Part shown: positions 8,423 to 18,830 of the stretch, in pieces
Position numbering within the stretch: the first letter of the stretch is position 1
Layout of the letters: each line of letters opens with the position of its first letter
NCBI GenBank assembly: GCA_046349515.1
Contig: JAXMCE010000001.1
Coordinates: 19,809 to 83,808 of the forward strand
Length of the DNA stretch: 64,000 nucleotides
Reading direction: 5' to 3'
DNA from: Alphaproteobacteria bacterium
GTDB taxonomy: Bacteria > Pseudomonadota > Alphaproteobacteria > CADEGL01
Position numbers and translations under genes: made by a program
Notes under the pieces: model-generated
The model's database searches: none
The model's input: only the letters and a program-made list of their open reading frames with translations
What the model was told of the DNA's origin: nothing

Positions 8423-10216
8423 ATGATGGATCAACCTGCGATGGGCGACGCACAACCTGATCCCGCAGATTTGGCCAAAATGATGGCGGCCATCGCCGAG
8501 CGCAGCCAACGGCTCGTCCGCGAGTTCTTGGCGCACCAGGCCGAGACCAACGGCAATGCCGATCCGCTCAACATCGGCGGCGCGTTCCTCGCGTTGACGG
8601 CCAAGCTGATGGCCGACCCCGCGCGCCTCGTCGAGGCGCAGGTGTCCCTGTGGCAGGACTACATGAGCCTGTGGCAAAGCGCCGCGCGCCGCATGATGGG
8701 CGAGACGAGCGAGCCCGTCATCGCGCCGCCCCACGGCGACCGGCGCTTCAAGGACAAGGAGTGGGAGGACAACCCGCTCTTCGACTACATCAAGCAGTCC
8801 TATCTCCTCACCTCGCGCTGGATGCTCGACACGGTGCGCAAGGTCGAGCATCTCGACGACAAGACGGCCAAGAAGATCGACTTCTATACGCGCCAGTTCG
8901 TGGACGCGATGGCGCCGTCGAACTTCGTGCTGACCAACCCCGAGGTCCTGCGCGCCACGATCGAGAGTCGCGGCGAGAACCTCGTCAAAGGGCTCGACAA
9001 CCTCTTGGGCGATCTCGAGCGCGGCAAGGGCCGCCTTCGGATCACCATGACCGACACGACGGCATTCGAGGTCGGCAAGAACATCGCGGTGACGCCGGGC
9101 AAGGTCGTGTTCCGCAACGACCTCATGGAGCTCATCCAATACGCGCCCGCGAGCGAGACGGTGTTTCGCCGCCCGCTTCTCGTCATCCCGCCCTGGATCA
9201 ACAAGTACTACATCCTCGATCTCCGGCCCGAGAACTCCTTCGCCAAGTGGCTGACCGAGCAGGGTCACACCGTCTTCATGGTGTCGTGGGTCAACCCTGA
9301 CACGGCGCTCGCCGGCAAGACCTTCGAGGATTACATGGTCGAGTGCCCGCTCGCGGCGCTCGACGCGATCGAGCAGGCGACGGGCGAGCGCGATGCCAAC
9401 GTCATCGGCTATTGCCTCGGGGGCACGCTCTTGGCCAGCACCCTCGCCTACATGGCCACGATGCGCGACGACCGGATCGCGAGCGCCACCTTCCTCACCG
9501 CCCTCGTCGACTTCAAGGAGCCCGGCGATCTCGGCGTCTTCATCGACGAAGAGCAGCTCGCGCAGCTCGAAGGCGAGATGAAGGAGAAGGGCTACCTCGA
9601 GGGCGCGCACATGGCGACGACCTTCAACATGCTGCGCGCCAACGACCTCATCTGGTCCTTCGTCATCAACAACTACCTGCTCGGCAAGGAGCCGTTCCCC
9701 TTCGACCTTCTCTATTGGAACGCGGATTCGACGCGCATGCCGGCGGCCATGCACAGCTTCTATCTGCGCAAGATGTACCAGGAGAATCGCCTGGTCGTGC
9801 CCGGCGGCATCCGCTTGAAGGGCGTGCCCATCGACGTGCGGACGGTCAAGACGCCGAGCTTCTTCCTCTCGACGCGCGAGGACCACATCGCGCCCTGGGA
9901 GACGACCTATACGACGACCCAGCTGTTCAGCGGGCCCGTGCGCTTCAACCTCGCGGCCTCGGGCCACATCGCGGGCGTGGTCAACCCGCCCGCGGGCGGG
10001 CGCTACAGCCATTGGACGAACGACTCCTGTCCGCCCGATCCAAAGGACTGGCTGGCCGGCGCCACCCAGCACAAGGGGTCATGGTGGCCGACCTGGCAGC
10101 GCTGGATCGAACCGTTCGGCGGCGAGCGCGTGCCCGCGCGCGTGCCCGGCAAAGGCAAGCTCAAGCCGCTCGCCGACGCGCCGGGCACCTACGTCCTCGT
10201 CAAGGCGCAGGACTAG
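8423..10216 (+). CDS. phaC: Class I poly(3-hydroxyalkanoate) synthase
   Basis: About 597 aa from the ATG at 8423. The exact start is uncertain (ATGs at 8405, 8423, 8426 and 8441). Conserved PhaC N-domain (DRRFKDKEWEDNPLFDYIKQSYLL, PPWINKYYILDL) and lipase box GYCLGG. The track ORF from 7826 is a shadow extension. Confidence 0.9.
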   Translation: MMDQPAMGDAQPDPADLAKMMAAIAERSQRLVREFLAHQAETNGNADPLNIGGAFLALTAKLMADPARLVEAQVSLWQDYMSLWQSAARRMMGETSEPVIAPPHGDRRFKDKEWEDNPLFDYIKQSYLLTSRWMLDTVRKVEHLDDKTAKKIDFYTRQFVDAMAPSNFVLTNPEVLRATIESRGENLVKGLDNLLGDLERGKGRLRITMTDTTAFEVGKNIAVTPGKVVFRNDLMELIQYAPASETVFRRPLLVIPPWINKYYILDLRPENSFAKWLTEQGHTVFMVSWVNPDTALAGKTFEDYMVECPLAALDAIEQATGERDANVIGYCLGGTLLASTLAYMATMRDDRIASATFLTALVDFKEPGDLGVFIDEEQLAQLEGEMKEKGYLEGAHMATTFNMLRANDLIWSFVINNYLLGKEPFPFDLLYWNADSTRMPAAMHSFYLRKMYQENRLVVPGGIRLKGVPIDVRTVKTPSFFLSTREDHIAPWETTYTTTQLFSGPVRFNLAASGHIAGVVNPPAGGRYSHWTNDSCPPDPKDWLAGATQHKGSWWPTWQRWIEPFGGERVPARVPGKGKLKPLADAPGTYVLVKAQD

Positions 10217-10223
10217 GGATTTC

Positions 10224-10718
10224 ATGGCGACGCGGCGGGCGAAGGCGCGCGGCATCACGCTCCGGCGCACGGTCAGCTGGAGCGAGTCGGATCCGGCCGG
10301 CATGATGAATTCGCCGCGCGCCTTCGACTACGCGATCGACGCGATCGAGCTCGTCTACCGGCAAGCGCTCGGCATTACCTTCCTCGGCCTCATCGAGCGC
10401 CACGCCTTGGGCGCGCCGCTCGTGCATTTGAGCTGCGACTACACGGCTCCGCTCGCCGAGGGCGACCGTCTCACGCTCACGGCCTGGATCGAACGTCTCG
10501 GCACGTCGTCCATCACCTGGCGGGTCGAGGCGCGGCGAAGCGATCGGAAGGTTGCGTTCACGGTGCGCCTCGTCTCGAGCTTCGTCCGCCGGCGCGACTT
10601 CAAGCCCGTGGCGATGCCGGCCCGGTTCCGCGCCCGGTTCGGGCGCTACCTCAGGGCGGACTCCGAGCGCACCCGTCCGGCCGCGCGCCGGACGCGGCGA
10701 GTCAAAACTCGAAAGTAA
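10224..10718 (+). CDS. Hotdog-fold acyl-CoA thioesterase (YbgC/4HBT-like)
   Basis: 164 aa. The N-terminal pattern V-W-x-x-D-x-x-G (VSWSESDPAGMM) is typical of 4HBT class II/YbgC proteins. The gene starts 7 nt after the phaC stop. Confidence 0.7.
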   Translation: MATRRAKARGITLRRTVSWSESDPAGMMNSPRAFDYAIDAIELVYRQALGITFLGLIERHALGAPLVHLSCDYTAPLAEGDRLTLTAWIERLGTSSITWRVEARRSDRKVAFTVRLVSSFVRRRDFKPVAMPARFRARFGRYLRADSERTRPAARRTRRVKTRK

Positions 10719-11520
10719 ACGCGCTGATGATGTTGTAGTCGAACTGACGGGCGTTCGAGCTCGTGAGCGGAAGCTGCACGCCCGCGCGCGCCTTCACGCG
10801 CTCGGCCAGCTTCACTTCGAAGCCGGGCGTCGCGTAGGCCTGGGTGCGGTTGAGGAGAAGGTTGTTCGAGGTGCCGTCGCTCGTGAAGGCCTGGTCGGCG
10901 GCATGGGTCTGGCGCACGAGGCTCAGCTCGACGAGAGGCGTCACGCCGCGGAAGGCGGTGTAACCGAGCGCGGCGTTCGCGGTGAAGGTCTGGGCCCCAC
11001 TCGTCGGGCCGGCGCCGGTGAGCGCGTAGTTGACCTCGCCGATCAGCTGGAAATCGCCCCGCGCGAGCGCGCCGGTGATGAAGGGCGTGGTGACGGTTTG
11101 ACCGCCGAGGCCCCGGTTGGCCGAGCCGCTCGGCATGGTCAGGGCGAGGCCCATGGCCGCGAGCGCCCGCTGGCCGGGCGCGCTGAAGAAGACGTATTGG
11201 CCTTCGAGGCCGACATCGCCGAATCCGACGCGGGCCGAGCCGTTCCGCGGATCGTTGATCCCGATCGGCGTCGAGAGCGTCAGCTGGTATTTGTCGTCGA
11301 AGCTCCAGGTGAAGTCGCCCGAGATCGTCGTGAACCGCCCGTCGCCGCCCTTCTGGTGCGAGACGCCGACGTCGAGCTCGCGTTCGGGCGCGGGCGAACG
11401 GCTGACGAGTGGATCGAAATAGTCGATCCTCCCATCGTCCTGGGCGCAGGCGAGCGCGGGCGTGCCGAGGATCAGCAGGGCCGCGAGCGTGCCATGAATG
11501 CCGGCCCAACCCGTTCTCAT
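10702..11520 (-). CDS. Outer-membrane beta-barrel protein (MetA-pathway/transporter-like), downstream of copA
   Basis: Signal peptide (LLILGTPALACA/QDD), alternating beta-strand pattern and C-terminal ...AFTFEF. It is co-directional with the multicopper oxidase, 87 nt downstream. Confidence 0.65.
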   Translation of the reverse strand: MRTGWAGIHGTLAALLILGTPALACAQDDGRIDYFDPLVSRSPAPERELDVGVSHQKGGDGRFTTISGDFTWSFDDKYQLTLSTPIGINDPRNGSARVGFGDVGLEGQYVFFSAPGQRALAAMGLALTMPSGSANRGLGGQTVTTPFITGALARGDFQLIGEVNYALTGAGPTSGAQTFTANAALGYTAFRGVTPLVELSLVRQTHAADQAFTSDGTSNNLLLNRTQAYATPGFEVKLAERVKARAGVQLPLTSSNARQFDYNIISAFTFEF

Positions 11521-11607
11521 CTGCGCCTCCCAAGCTACGGACAGGGCGATGGGCCTCCCGGCCCTCTCGCCACCCGCTCAGCCTGGCAGGCAACATTCTA
11601 CGGTCGG

Positions 11608-13191
11608 TTAATTCTCCGGGATCTCGTGGGAGGCAAGCTGGTCCTCGACGGAGAACAGCGGTGCCACGCCTTCATAATTGAGCGTCGTCATCATGCCCGC
11701 CAACAAATGGTAAAGGACGTGGCAATGAATCATCCAGATGCCGGGGTTGTCGGCATCGAACTGCACCTTGGCGGTCGAGCGCGAGAGCACGAGGACCGTG
11801 TCGCGCTTGGGGCCGGAGACGGGCGCCCCGCCGAGCTCCGTCACCTCGAAGACATGGCCGTGAAGATGCATGGGATGGGCCATGGCGGTCTTGTTGTCGA
11901 AGACGAGCTCGATCCGCTCGCCGTGCTTCACCCGGAGCGGCGTCACCCGCGGCCAGGTCTCGCCATTGATCGACCAGACATAGCGCATCATGTCGCCGTC
12001 GAGGCCGACCGTGATCGAACGGTCGACCGTTCGCCGAGCGAGCGGCGCCGAGGCTTTGAGGAGGCGTTCCTGGGCATAGTCGAGCGCCGGCGCGGGGGCG
12101 CCCGCGACCTCAGCGATCGGCGATGGCGAAGCCTTGGGTGTCGCGAGCACGAGGCCCGTCTGCTTCGTGGTCCCCTCGCCTTGCGCGAGAATCGGATAGA
12201 CGCCCTCACCGGGCGGGATCGTGAGGCGCAAATCGAGGCGCTGGGCGATGGCCATCTGGAACCGGTTGGCCTGCAAGGGGACGACAGGCTCGCCGTCCGT
12301 CGCGATCACTTCGGCCGCAACCGCCCCCGTCGAGACGATGAAGTTGCTCGCGGCGGCACCGTTGATGATGCGCAGGCGAAGGGTCGAGCCGGGCTCGACC
12401 CGTACCACCTCCGGATCGCTCAGCGTGCGCCAATTGGTGAGGTAGGCGTCGTAATCGACGTCGTTCAAGTCGACGCCGCCCGGCGCCATCGCGGGCATTC
12501 CCGGCATACCCGGCATTCCGCCCGTGCCATGGCCACCGTGCTGAGGCATGCCCGCCATGCCACCCATCGCCCCGTGGCCCGGCATCGCGCCGCCCATGCC
12601 ACTCATGCCGCCCATCCGTCCGCCCTTCTTCAGGCCGCGCCAGATGTCGAGCGGGCTCCTGTTCGACCAGTCGCTCAAGAACATCACGGCCTCGCGCATG
12701 CCCTGCTGCGCTTCGCGGGGGTCCGAGAGGATGAGCGGCGCCGCGAGAAGGCGTTGCTCCTGCAGGCCGTAATGCGAATGCATCCAATAGGTGCCTGCCT
12801 GGAGAATAGGGAAGCTGTAGCGATAGCGTCCGCCCGGCGGAATCGCGGGCTGCGTCACGTAAGCGACACCATCCTGGCGCCAGGGAAGGATGAGGCCGTG
12901 CCAATGGATGCTCGTCGGCTCGCTCGTCAGATTTTCGACGAGCACGTCGAAGCGCTTGCCCTTCTCGAGCGTGAGCCCCCAACTCCCGTCCGGCTGTTCG
13001 AGGCGGAGCACCTCGGCGCTCACCCCGTTGACGACGAGCGGCCGCTCGACGACGCGGAGCACTGTCGGGCGCTGGGACGGCTTGCCGCCGATGCCGGCCG
13101 AGACCGGACGCGGCCACAGGATGGGCGCGGCCGAGAGACCGCCCGACGCGGCAAGGCCTGAGAGGAACCGGCGACGGCGGAGACGGACCAT
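11608..13191 (-). CDS. copA: CopA/PcoA-type multicopper oxidase (Tat-exported)
   Basis: Start MVRLRRRRFLSGLAASGG is a twin-arginine signal. Copper-ligand motifs HWHG, HSH, HPMHLHGH and HCHVLYHLLAGMM are present, with a Met/Gly/His-rich insert (GGMSGMGGAMPGHGAMGGMAGMP...). The track ORF start at 13332 is judged an extension. Confidence 0.85.
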   Translation of the reverse strand: MVRLRRRRFLSGLAASGGLSAAPILWPRPVSAGIGGKPSQRPTVLRVVERPLVVNGVSAEVLRLEQPDGSWGLTLEKGKRFDVLVENLTSEPTSIHWHGLILPWRQDGVAYVTQPAIPPGGRYRYSFPILQAGTYWMHSHYGLQEQRLLAAPLILSDPREAQQGMREAVMFLSDWSNRSPLDIWRGLKKGGRMGGMSGMGGAMPGHGAMGGMAGMPQHGGHGTGGMPGMPGMPAMAPGGVDLNDVDYDAYLTNWRTLSDPEVVRVEPGSTLRLRIINGAAASNFIVSTGAVAAEVIATDGEPVVPLQANRFQMAIAQRLDLRLTIPPGEGVYPILAQGEGTTKQTGLVLATPKASPSPIAEVAGAPAPALDYAQERLLKASAPLARRTVDRSITVGLDGDMMRYVWSINGETWPRVTPLRVKHGERIELVFDNKTAMAHPMHLHGHVFEVTELGGAPVSGPKRDTVLVLSRSTAKVQFDADNPGIWMIHCHVLYHLLAGMMTTLNYEGVAPLFSVEDQLASHEIPEN

Positions 13192-13350
13192 GGGACCTCG
13201 CGGGCGGCGGTCAGGGCCCCCGTTCTGCCACCGGCCGCCGCCAGCGACAAGAAGGCCCCGGAGGACGGCCGGACCGGCGGCGGCTCGCCTTACCGATTTT
13301 CGCCCCCGCAGCGCACGAATTTTTTCCTCCATTGCTAATGAAAGAAAATC

Positions 13351-13389
13351 TGATACTTCTTTGATATATAGTAATAATCAGTTTTATCA
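13351..13389. promoter_or_regulatory. Nested dyad (candidate operator) in AT-rich divergent intergenic region
   Basis: TGATActtcttTGATAtatagtaaTAATCAgtttTATCA. The outer TGATA/TATCA and inner TGATA/TAATCA arms are symmetric about ~13370. It lies between copA (minus) and the hotdog-TetR gene (plus). Confidence 0.3.
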
Positions 13390-13455
13390 CCCACATGCCT
13401 TGACACCCGGCCGAGCGCGCGCGACAAGACCCGACCGACCGATCAGTCAGGACCC

Positions 13456-14517
13456 ATGGTGGACGAGGCCCTCTTCCTCAAAGAGCACGCGCAAGGCCTT
13501 GGCGCGCTCTTGGGAATCACCTTCACGACCGCGCGAAAGGACCTCGTCGTCGGAGAGATGACGCTGACGCCGCACCATCTTCACAGCGGCTCGGTCGTCC
13601 ATGGCGGCATCATCATGGCGCTGGCCGACGAGACGAACGCCTACGGCACCATCCTCAACCTGCCGCCGGGCCACAACACGGCGACGATCGAATCGAAGAC
13701 CAATTTCCTTCGCACGGGTTCGGGCCCGCGGCTCACGGCCGAGGCACGGCCGATTCGCATCGGTCGGCGCACCTCGGTCTGGCGCGCGACCATCTCGCGG
13801 GGCGCGGGCGGCCCCATCGCCGAGGTCACCCAGACCCAGATGGTGTTGGAGGACGAGACCCGCGAGGCCGAGGCGCCGCCGCCCGCGGCCGCCGCGACGA
13901 ATGGCGGCGCCGAGCGCGCGGGCGATACCGCCGCCGAGCGCCGGCGCCAAATCTTCGAGGGTGCCTGCGCGGTCATCACGCGCAAGGGCTTCGACAACGC
14001 CACCATCCGCGAGATCGCCGCGGCCGCCGGCATGCCCGTGCCGACCATGTATCAATACATCAAGCGCAAGGAAGACCTCCTTTCCCTCATCTACGAATAC
14101 TTCATGGAGGACTACATCGGCGCGCTCACGGCGACGGCGAGCGGGCAGCAATCCCCCGAGGCGCGCCTGGCCCACGCCGTGAGGGAGACGATCGAGAACT
14201 TCGATCGCAACCACCGGTTCATCAAGCTCATGTTCCAGGAGACTCGCGCGCTCGATGCCAACTCCCGCGCGCGCGTCTACGACCTCGACGCGCGCTACAT
14301 CGAGGTCTGGAAGACGCTGCTCGCCGAACGCACCGGGACCGAGCCGATCGACGCCGAGCTTGCCGCCAATTTCATCTATTTCCTCTGCACGATCTGGCCG
14401 CTCAGGCACTGGACGATCGGCAAGTACGGCCGCGAGCGCGTGACGGAGGCCATCAGCGCCTTCGTACTCGACGGCCTCGGCCAGCACGCCGCCCCTTCAG
14501 CCAAGGAGAAGCGATGA
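13456..14517 (+). CDS. Fusion protein: PaaI-type hotdog thioesterase domain + TetR-family transcriptional regulator
   Basis: 353 aa. Residues ~1-135 carry a PaaI/4HBT signature (HSGSVVHGGIIMALADETNAYG, ESKTNFLR, IGRRTSVWRATI). An Ala/Pro linker follows. The TetR helix-turn-helix (GFDNATIREIAAAAGMPVPTMYQYIKRKEDLL) and a helical C-domain complete the protein. Confidence 0.8.
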   Translation: MVDEALFLKEHAQGLGALLGITFTTARKDLVVGEMTLTPHHLHSGSVVHGGIIMALADETNAYGTILNLPPGHNTATIESKTNFLRTGSGPRLTAEARPIRIGRRTSVWRATISRGAGGPIAEVTQTQMVLEDETREAEAPPPAAAATNGGAERAGDTAAERRRQIFEGACAVITRKGFDNATIREIAAAAGMPVPTMYQYIKRKEDLLSLIYEYFMEDYIGALTATASGQQSPEARLAHAVRETIENFDRNHRFIKLMFQETRALDANSRARVYDLDARYIEVWKTLLAERTGTEPIDAELAANFIYFLCTIWPLRHWTIGKYGRERVTEAISAFVLDGLGQHAAPSAKEKR

Positions 14518-15710
14518 TGAAGTTCATGTTTTTCTCGGAGGCCGAGACCGCCCCCGGCGCCTCCTACCAGACACGCTACTGGGAGCTCGTCGAGCAGGTC
14601 ATCCACGCCGAGAAGTGGGGCTTCGATTCCTTCGGCGTCTCCGAGCAGCAATACGCGATCGGCGGCATCTCGACCTCCTGCCCCGAAGTGCTCTACGCCT
14701 ATCTCTTCCCCCTCACGAAGACGCTCCGCTTCGCCCACGCGATCACCCTGCTGCCGAAGAACATCAACCACGCGCTCCGGGTCGCCTCGCGCACGGCCGT
14801 CCAGGACGTCCTGTCCAATGGCCGGATCGAGTTGGGCGTCGGGCGCGGCAATACGACCTTGGCGCTCCGCGCCTTCGAGGTCGACCTCGAGCGCAACCGC
14901 GACGAAGTGAACGAGGGGATCCAGGTGCTGAAGAAGGCCTTCACCGAGGATCCGTTCATGTTCTACGGCGAGCACTACAAGATTCCGCCGCGCTCGCTCG
15001 TGCCGAAGCCGCTGCAGACCCCTCACCCGCCGCTCTACGTCGCCGCGACGAGCCCCGAGTCGCACAAGATGGCGGGCGATCTCGGCGTCGGCGTTTACAG
15101 CTGGTCGAATTTCATGGGCTATGACGCGCTCGCCGAATCGGTTTCCGCGTTCAGGAAAGCGGCCGCCGCGACCAAGGCCAAGGGCGAGCATGTGAACGAG
15201 AGCGCGGGCGCCCTCGTCCAATGCTACTGCGCCGAGACCGACGCGATCGCCGAGGCGGAAGCCGGCGAAGGCAACCTCAAGTGGCTGAGGATCGCCCTCG
15301 ACGGCTATCCGCGGCTCGCCAAGATGGCGCAGAGCTACGCCTACATGGCCAAGATCGACGAGGTGTCGCGCAAGACCAGCGACTTCCGCTATTTCACCGA
15401 CGCTTCGGGCGCCGCGATCTTCGGCTCGCCCGAAAGCTGCATCCGCTCGATCGAGCGCCTGGCCGCCTGCGGGATCGATCAGTGCGTCATGCGCATCGAC
15501 AGCACCTCGCACGCGAACATCATGAAGTCGATCGAGATGTTCGGCCGGCACGTCATCCCGCACTTCAAGAACCGGCAGAACTTCATGCGCCCGGCCGAGG
15601 ACGTGATGGCGGACATCCGCGCCATGCGCGAGAAGGCGCGCGCCATGGGCATCTATGTCGAGGGCGGCGAGGAGAAGAAGAAGCCCGTGAAGCCGACGGC
15701 GGCGGAGTAG
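14514..15710 (+). CDS. Luciferase-like (LLM class) flavin-dependent monooxygenase
   Basis: 398 aa with LLM features: WGFDSFGVSEQ, RIELGVGRG and PKPLQTPHPPLYVAA. The ATG overlaps the upstream stop (ATGA), which suggests translational coupling. Confidence 0.85.
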   Translation: MMKFMFFSEAETAPGASYQTRYWELVEQVIHAEKWGFDSFGVSEQQYAIGGISTSCPEVLYAYLFPLTKTLRFAHAITLLPKNINHALRVASRTAVQDVLSNGRIELGVGRGNTTLALRAFEVDLERNRDEVNEGIQVLKKAFTEDPFMFYGEHYKIPPRSLVPKPLQTPHPPLYVAATSPESHKMAGDLGVGVYSWSNFMGYDALAESVSAFRKAAAATKAKGEHVNESAGALVQCYCAETDAIAEAEAGEGNLKWLRIALDGYPRLAKMAQSYAYMAKIDEVSRKTSDFRYFTDASGAAIFGSPESCIRSIERLAACGIDQCVMRIDSTSHANIMKSIEMFGRHVIPHFKNRQNFMRPAEDVMADIRAMREKARAMGIYVEGGEEKKKPVKPTAAE

Positions 15711-15713
15711 CCG

Positions 15714-16178
15714 ATGGCCAAGATCCTCGAGCTCCTGACCGTCAACGTCGCGGTCAAGGATCTGGACGCGGGCCTCGCCAAGTACCGGGCCTTGGGCCTC
15801 GAATCGATCCGCCCCATGGTGATGCCGGAGCTGCCGGCGGCGATCACCGACGTCACCTTCCCCATCGGGGCCGAAGGCTCGATCTCCGTCATCGCGGCGA
15901 TCGGTGAGAAGTCGCCCGTCAAACGCTTCATCGACAAGCGCGGCGAGGGCGTCTACTCGATCGCCGTGCGCGTCGACAGCCTCAAGGACGCGATGGCCGA
16001 GTGGAAGGGGTTCGACTGGGTGCTGCCGGAGCCCTACGAGTTCCCGACACCCAACCAGGCCGCGCGGCATCTACCGGAGAAGCTCCGCGTCAACTGGATC
16101 AAGCCCTCCTCCCTCGCGGGCGTCATGCTCGAAGTGTTCGAGTTCGTGGGCGAGGTCCGCCCCACGCCCAAGGCATGA
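15714..16178 (+). CDS. VOC/glyoxalase-fold protein (methylmalonyl-CoA-epimerase-like)
   Basis: 154 aa. The N-terminal beta-alpha-beta pattern (LTVNVAVKDLDAGLAKYRALGLE) and the motif GEGVYSIAVRVDSL fit the fold. It starts 3 nt after the LLM stop. Confidence 0.6.
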   Translation: MAKILELLTVNVAVKDLDAGLAKYRALGLESIRPMVMPELPAAITDVTFPIGAEGSISVIAAIGEKSPVKRFIDKRGEGVYSIAVRVDSLKDAMAEWKGFDWVLPEPYEFPTPNQAARHLPEKLRVNWIKPSSLAGVMLEVFEFVGEVRPTPKA

Positions 16179-16267
16179 CGGCGCCTCGCGCGGCTCCACC
16201 GCCGCCCTTGTCCCCACCGGCTCGCCATGGCTAACGTCCCGGTTCGCAATCGCGGAGACAACCCGTC

Positions 16268-17800
<1,533 letters not shown>

Positions 17801-17913
17801 CGTGGGCCACGTCGGACAGTGTCGCGCCATGGTGCTGACCACCTGTGCCGTTCGGCTCGCGACGCCCTCATGTTTCGAAGGGCTCACCATGAGGGCTTTC
17901 CCCCACCCTAACT

Positions 17914-17986
17914 TCATCCTGAGCCTGCCGACCTGCCGTCGCCGAAGCGAAGCCGCTTCGGCTTCGCGCGGGCAAGAGGACGAGGC
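17914..17986. repeat. REP-like element, family CATCCTGAGCCTG-CGA...GGACGAGG (copy with internal 9-bp-stem hairpin)
   Basis: TTCATCCTGAGCCTGCCGA...AAGAGGACGAGG with an inserted hairpin GCGAAGCCG-ctt-CGGCTTCGC. A second family member lies at 42502-42567. The element is intergenic. Confidence 0.5.
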
Positions 17987-18018
17987 TTAGAACCACAATT
18001 CACGAAGGGAGCCCGAGA

Positions 18019-18810
18019 ATGGACCGCTACGCGAGCTACAAGGAACTGAAGATCGAGGCCCAGGGGAACGGCGTTCTCCTCGTGACGCTCAACCGGCCGC
18101 AAGTGCTGAACGCCATGACCTACAGCATGCACGGCGAGCTCGCGCGCCTGTGGCACGACATCGACCACGACCCCGACTGCCGCGTCGCCGTCGTCACGGG
18201 CGCGGGCCGCGCCTTCTGTTCGGGCAACGACTTGAAGAACCCCGATCCCGATTTCGACGGCGTGCGCGAGATCATGCAGGACGCGGTGCGCATCGTGCGC
18301 GGCATGGTCGAGTGCGACAAGCCGATCATCTCGGCGATTAACGGCGTCGCGGTGGGGGCCGGGCTCGCGGTCGCGCTCATGGCCGATCTCGCGATCGCGG
18401 CCGAGGATGCGAAGCTCATCGACGGGCACACCGGCGTCGGCGTCGCGGCGGGCGACCACTCGGCGCTCGTCTGGCCGCTTCTCTGCGGCATCGGGCGCGC
18501 GAAGTTCTATCTCTGGAACCTGGCGCCGCTCACGGGGCGCGAGGCCGAGCGCATCGGCCTCGTGACCAAGGCCGTGCCCCAGGACCAGGTGCTGCCGGAG
18601 GCCATGCGCCTTGCGAACCAGTTGGCCCAAGGCCCGCAATACGCGATCCGCGGGACGAAGCGCGCGATCAACGGCTGGCTGCGCCAGGCCATGCCGATCT
18701 TCGAACACTCGGCGGCGCTCGAGATGGTCGACTTCTTCGGCCCGGACGTCGATGCCGCGCGCAAGGCCTTCCGCGCGAAGCAGCCGGTCAAGTTCCCTTC
18801 GGCGCGCTAG
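18019..18810 (+). CDS. Enoyl-CoA hydratase/isomerase (crotonase family)
   Basis: 263 aa with crotonase motifs: VVTGAGRAFCSGNDL and AINGVAVGAGLAVALMADL. An AAGGGAG Shine-Dalgarno precedes the start. Confidence 0.9.
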   Translation: MDRYASYKELKIEAQGNGVLLVTLNRPQVLNAMTYSMHGELARLWHDIDHDPDCRVAVVTGAGRAFCSGNDLKNPDPDFDGVREIMQDAVRIVRGMVECDKPIISAINGVAVGAGLAVALMADLAIAAEDAKLIDGHTGVGVAAGDHSALVWPLLCGIGRAKFYLWNLAPLTGREAERIGLVTKAVPQDQVLPEAMRLANQLAQGPQYAIRGTKRAINGWLRQAMPIFEHSAALEMVDFFGPDVDAARKAFRAKQPVKFPSAR

Positions 18811-18830
18811 CAGGACGGACGAGCCCCGCC

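Noticed and set aside
12480-12640. A repetitive Met/Gly/His-coding tract inside copA as an independent repeat element.
   Set aside because: Met-rich inserts are a known feature of CopA/PcoA-type multicopper oxidases. The tract is in frame and is part of the CDS.
13192-13332. A longer CopA start at 13332 (MEEKIRALRG...).
   Set aside because: It would place 47 non-signal residues before the twin-arginine motif. The ATG at 13191 gives a canonical Tat signal and has a GAGG Shine-Dalgarno.
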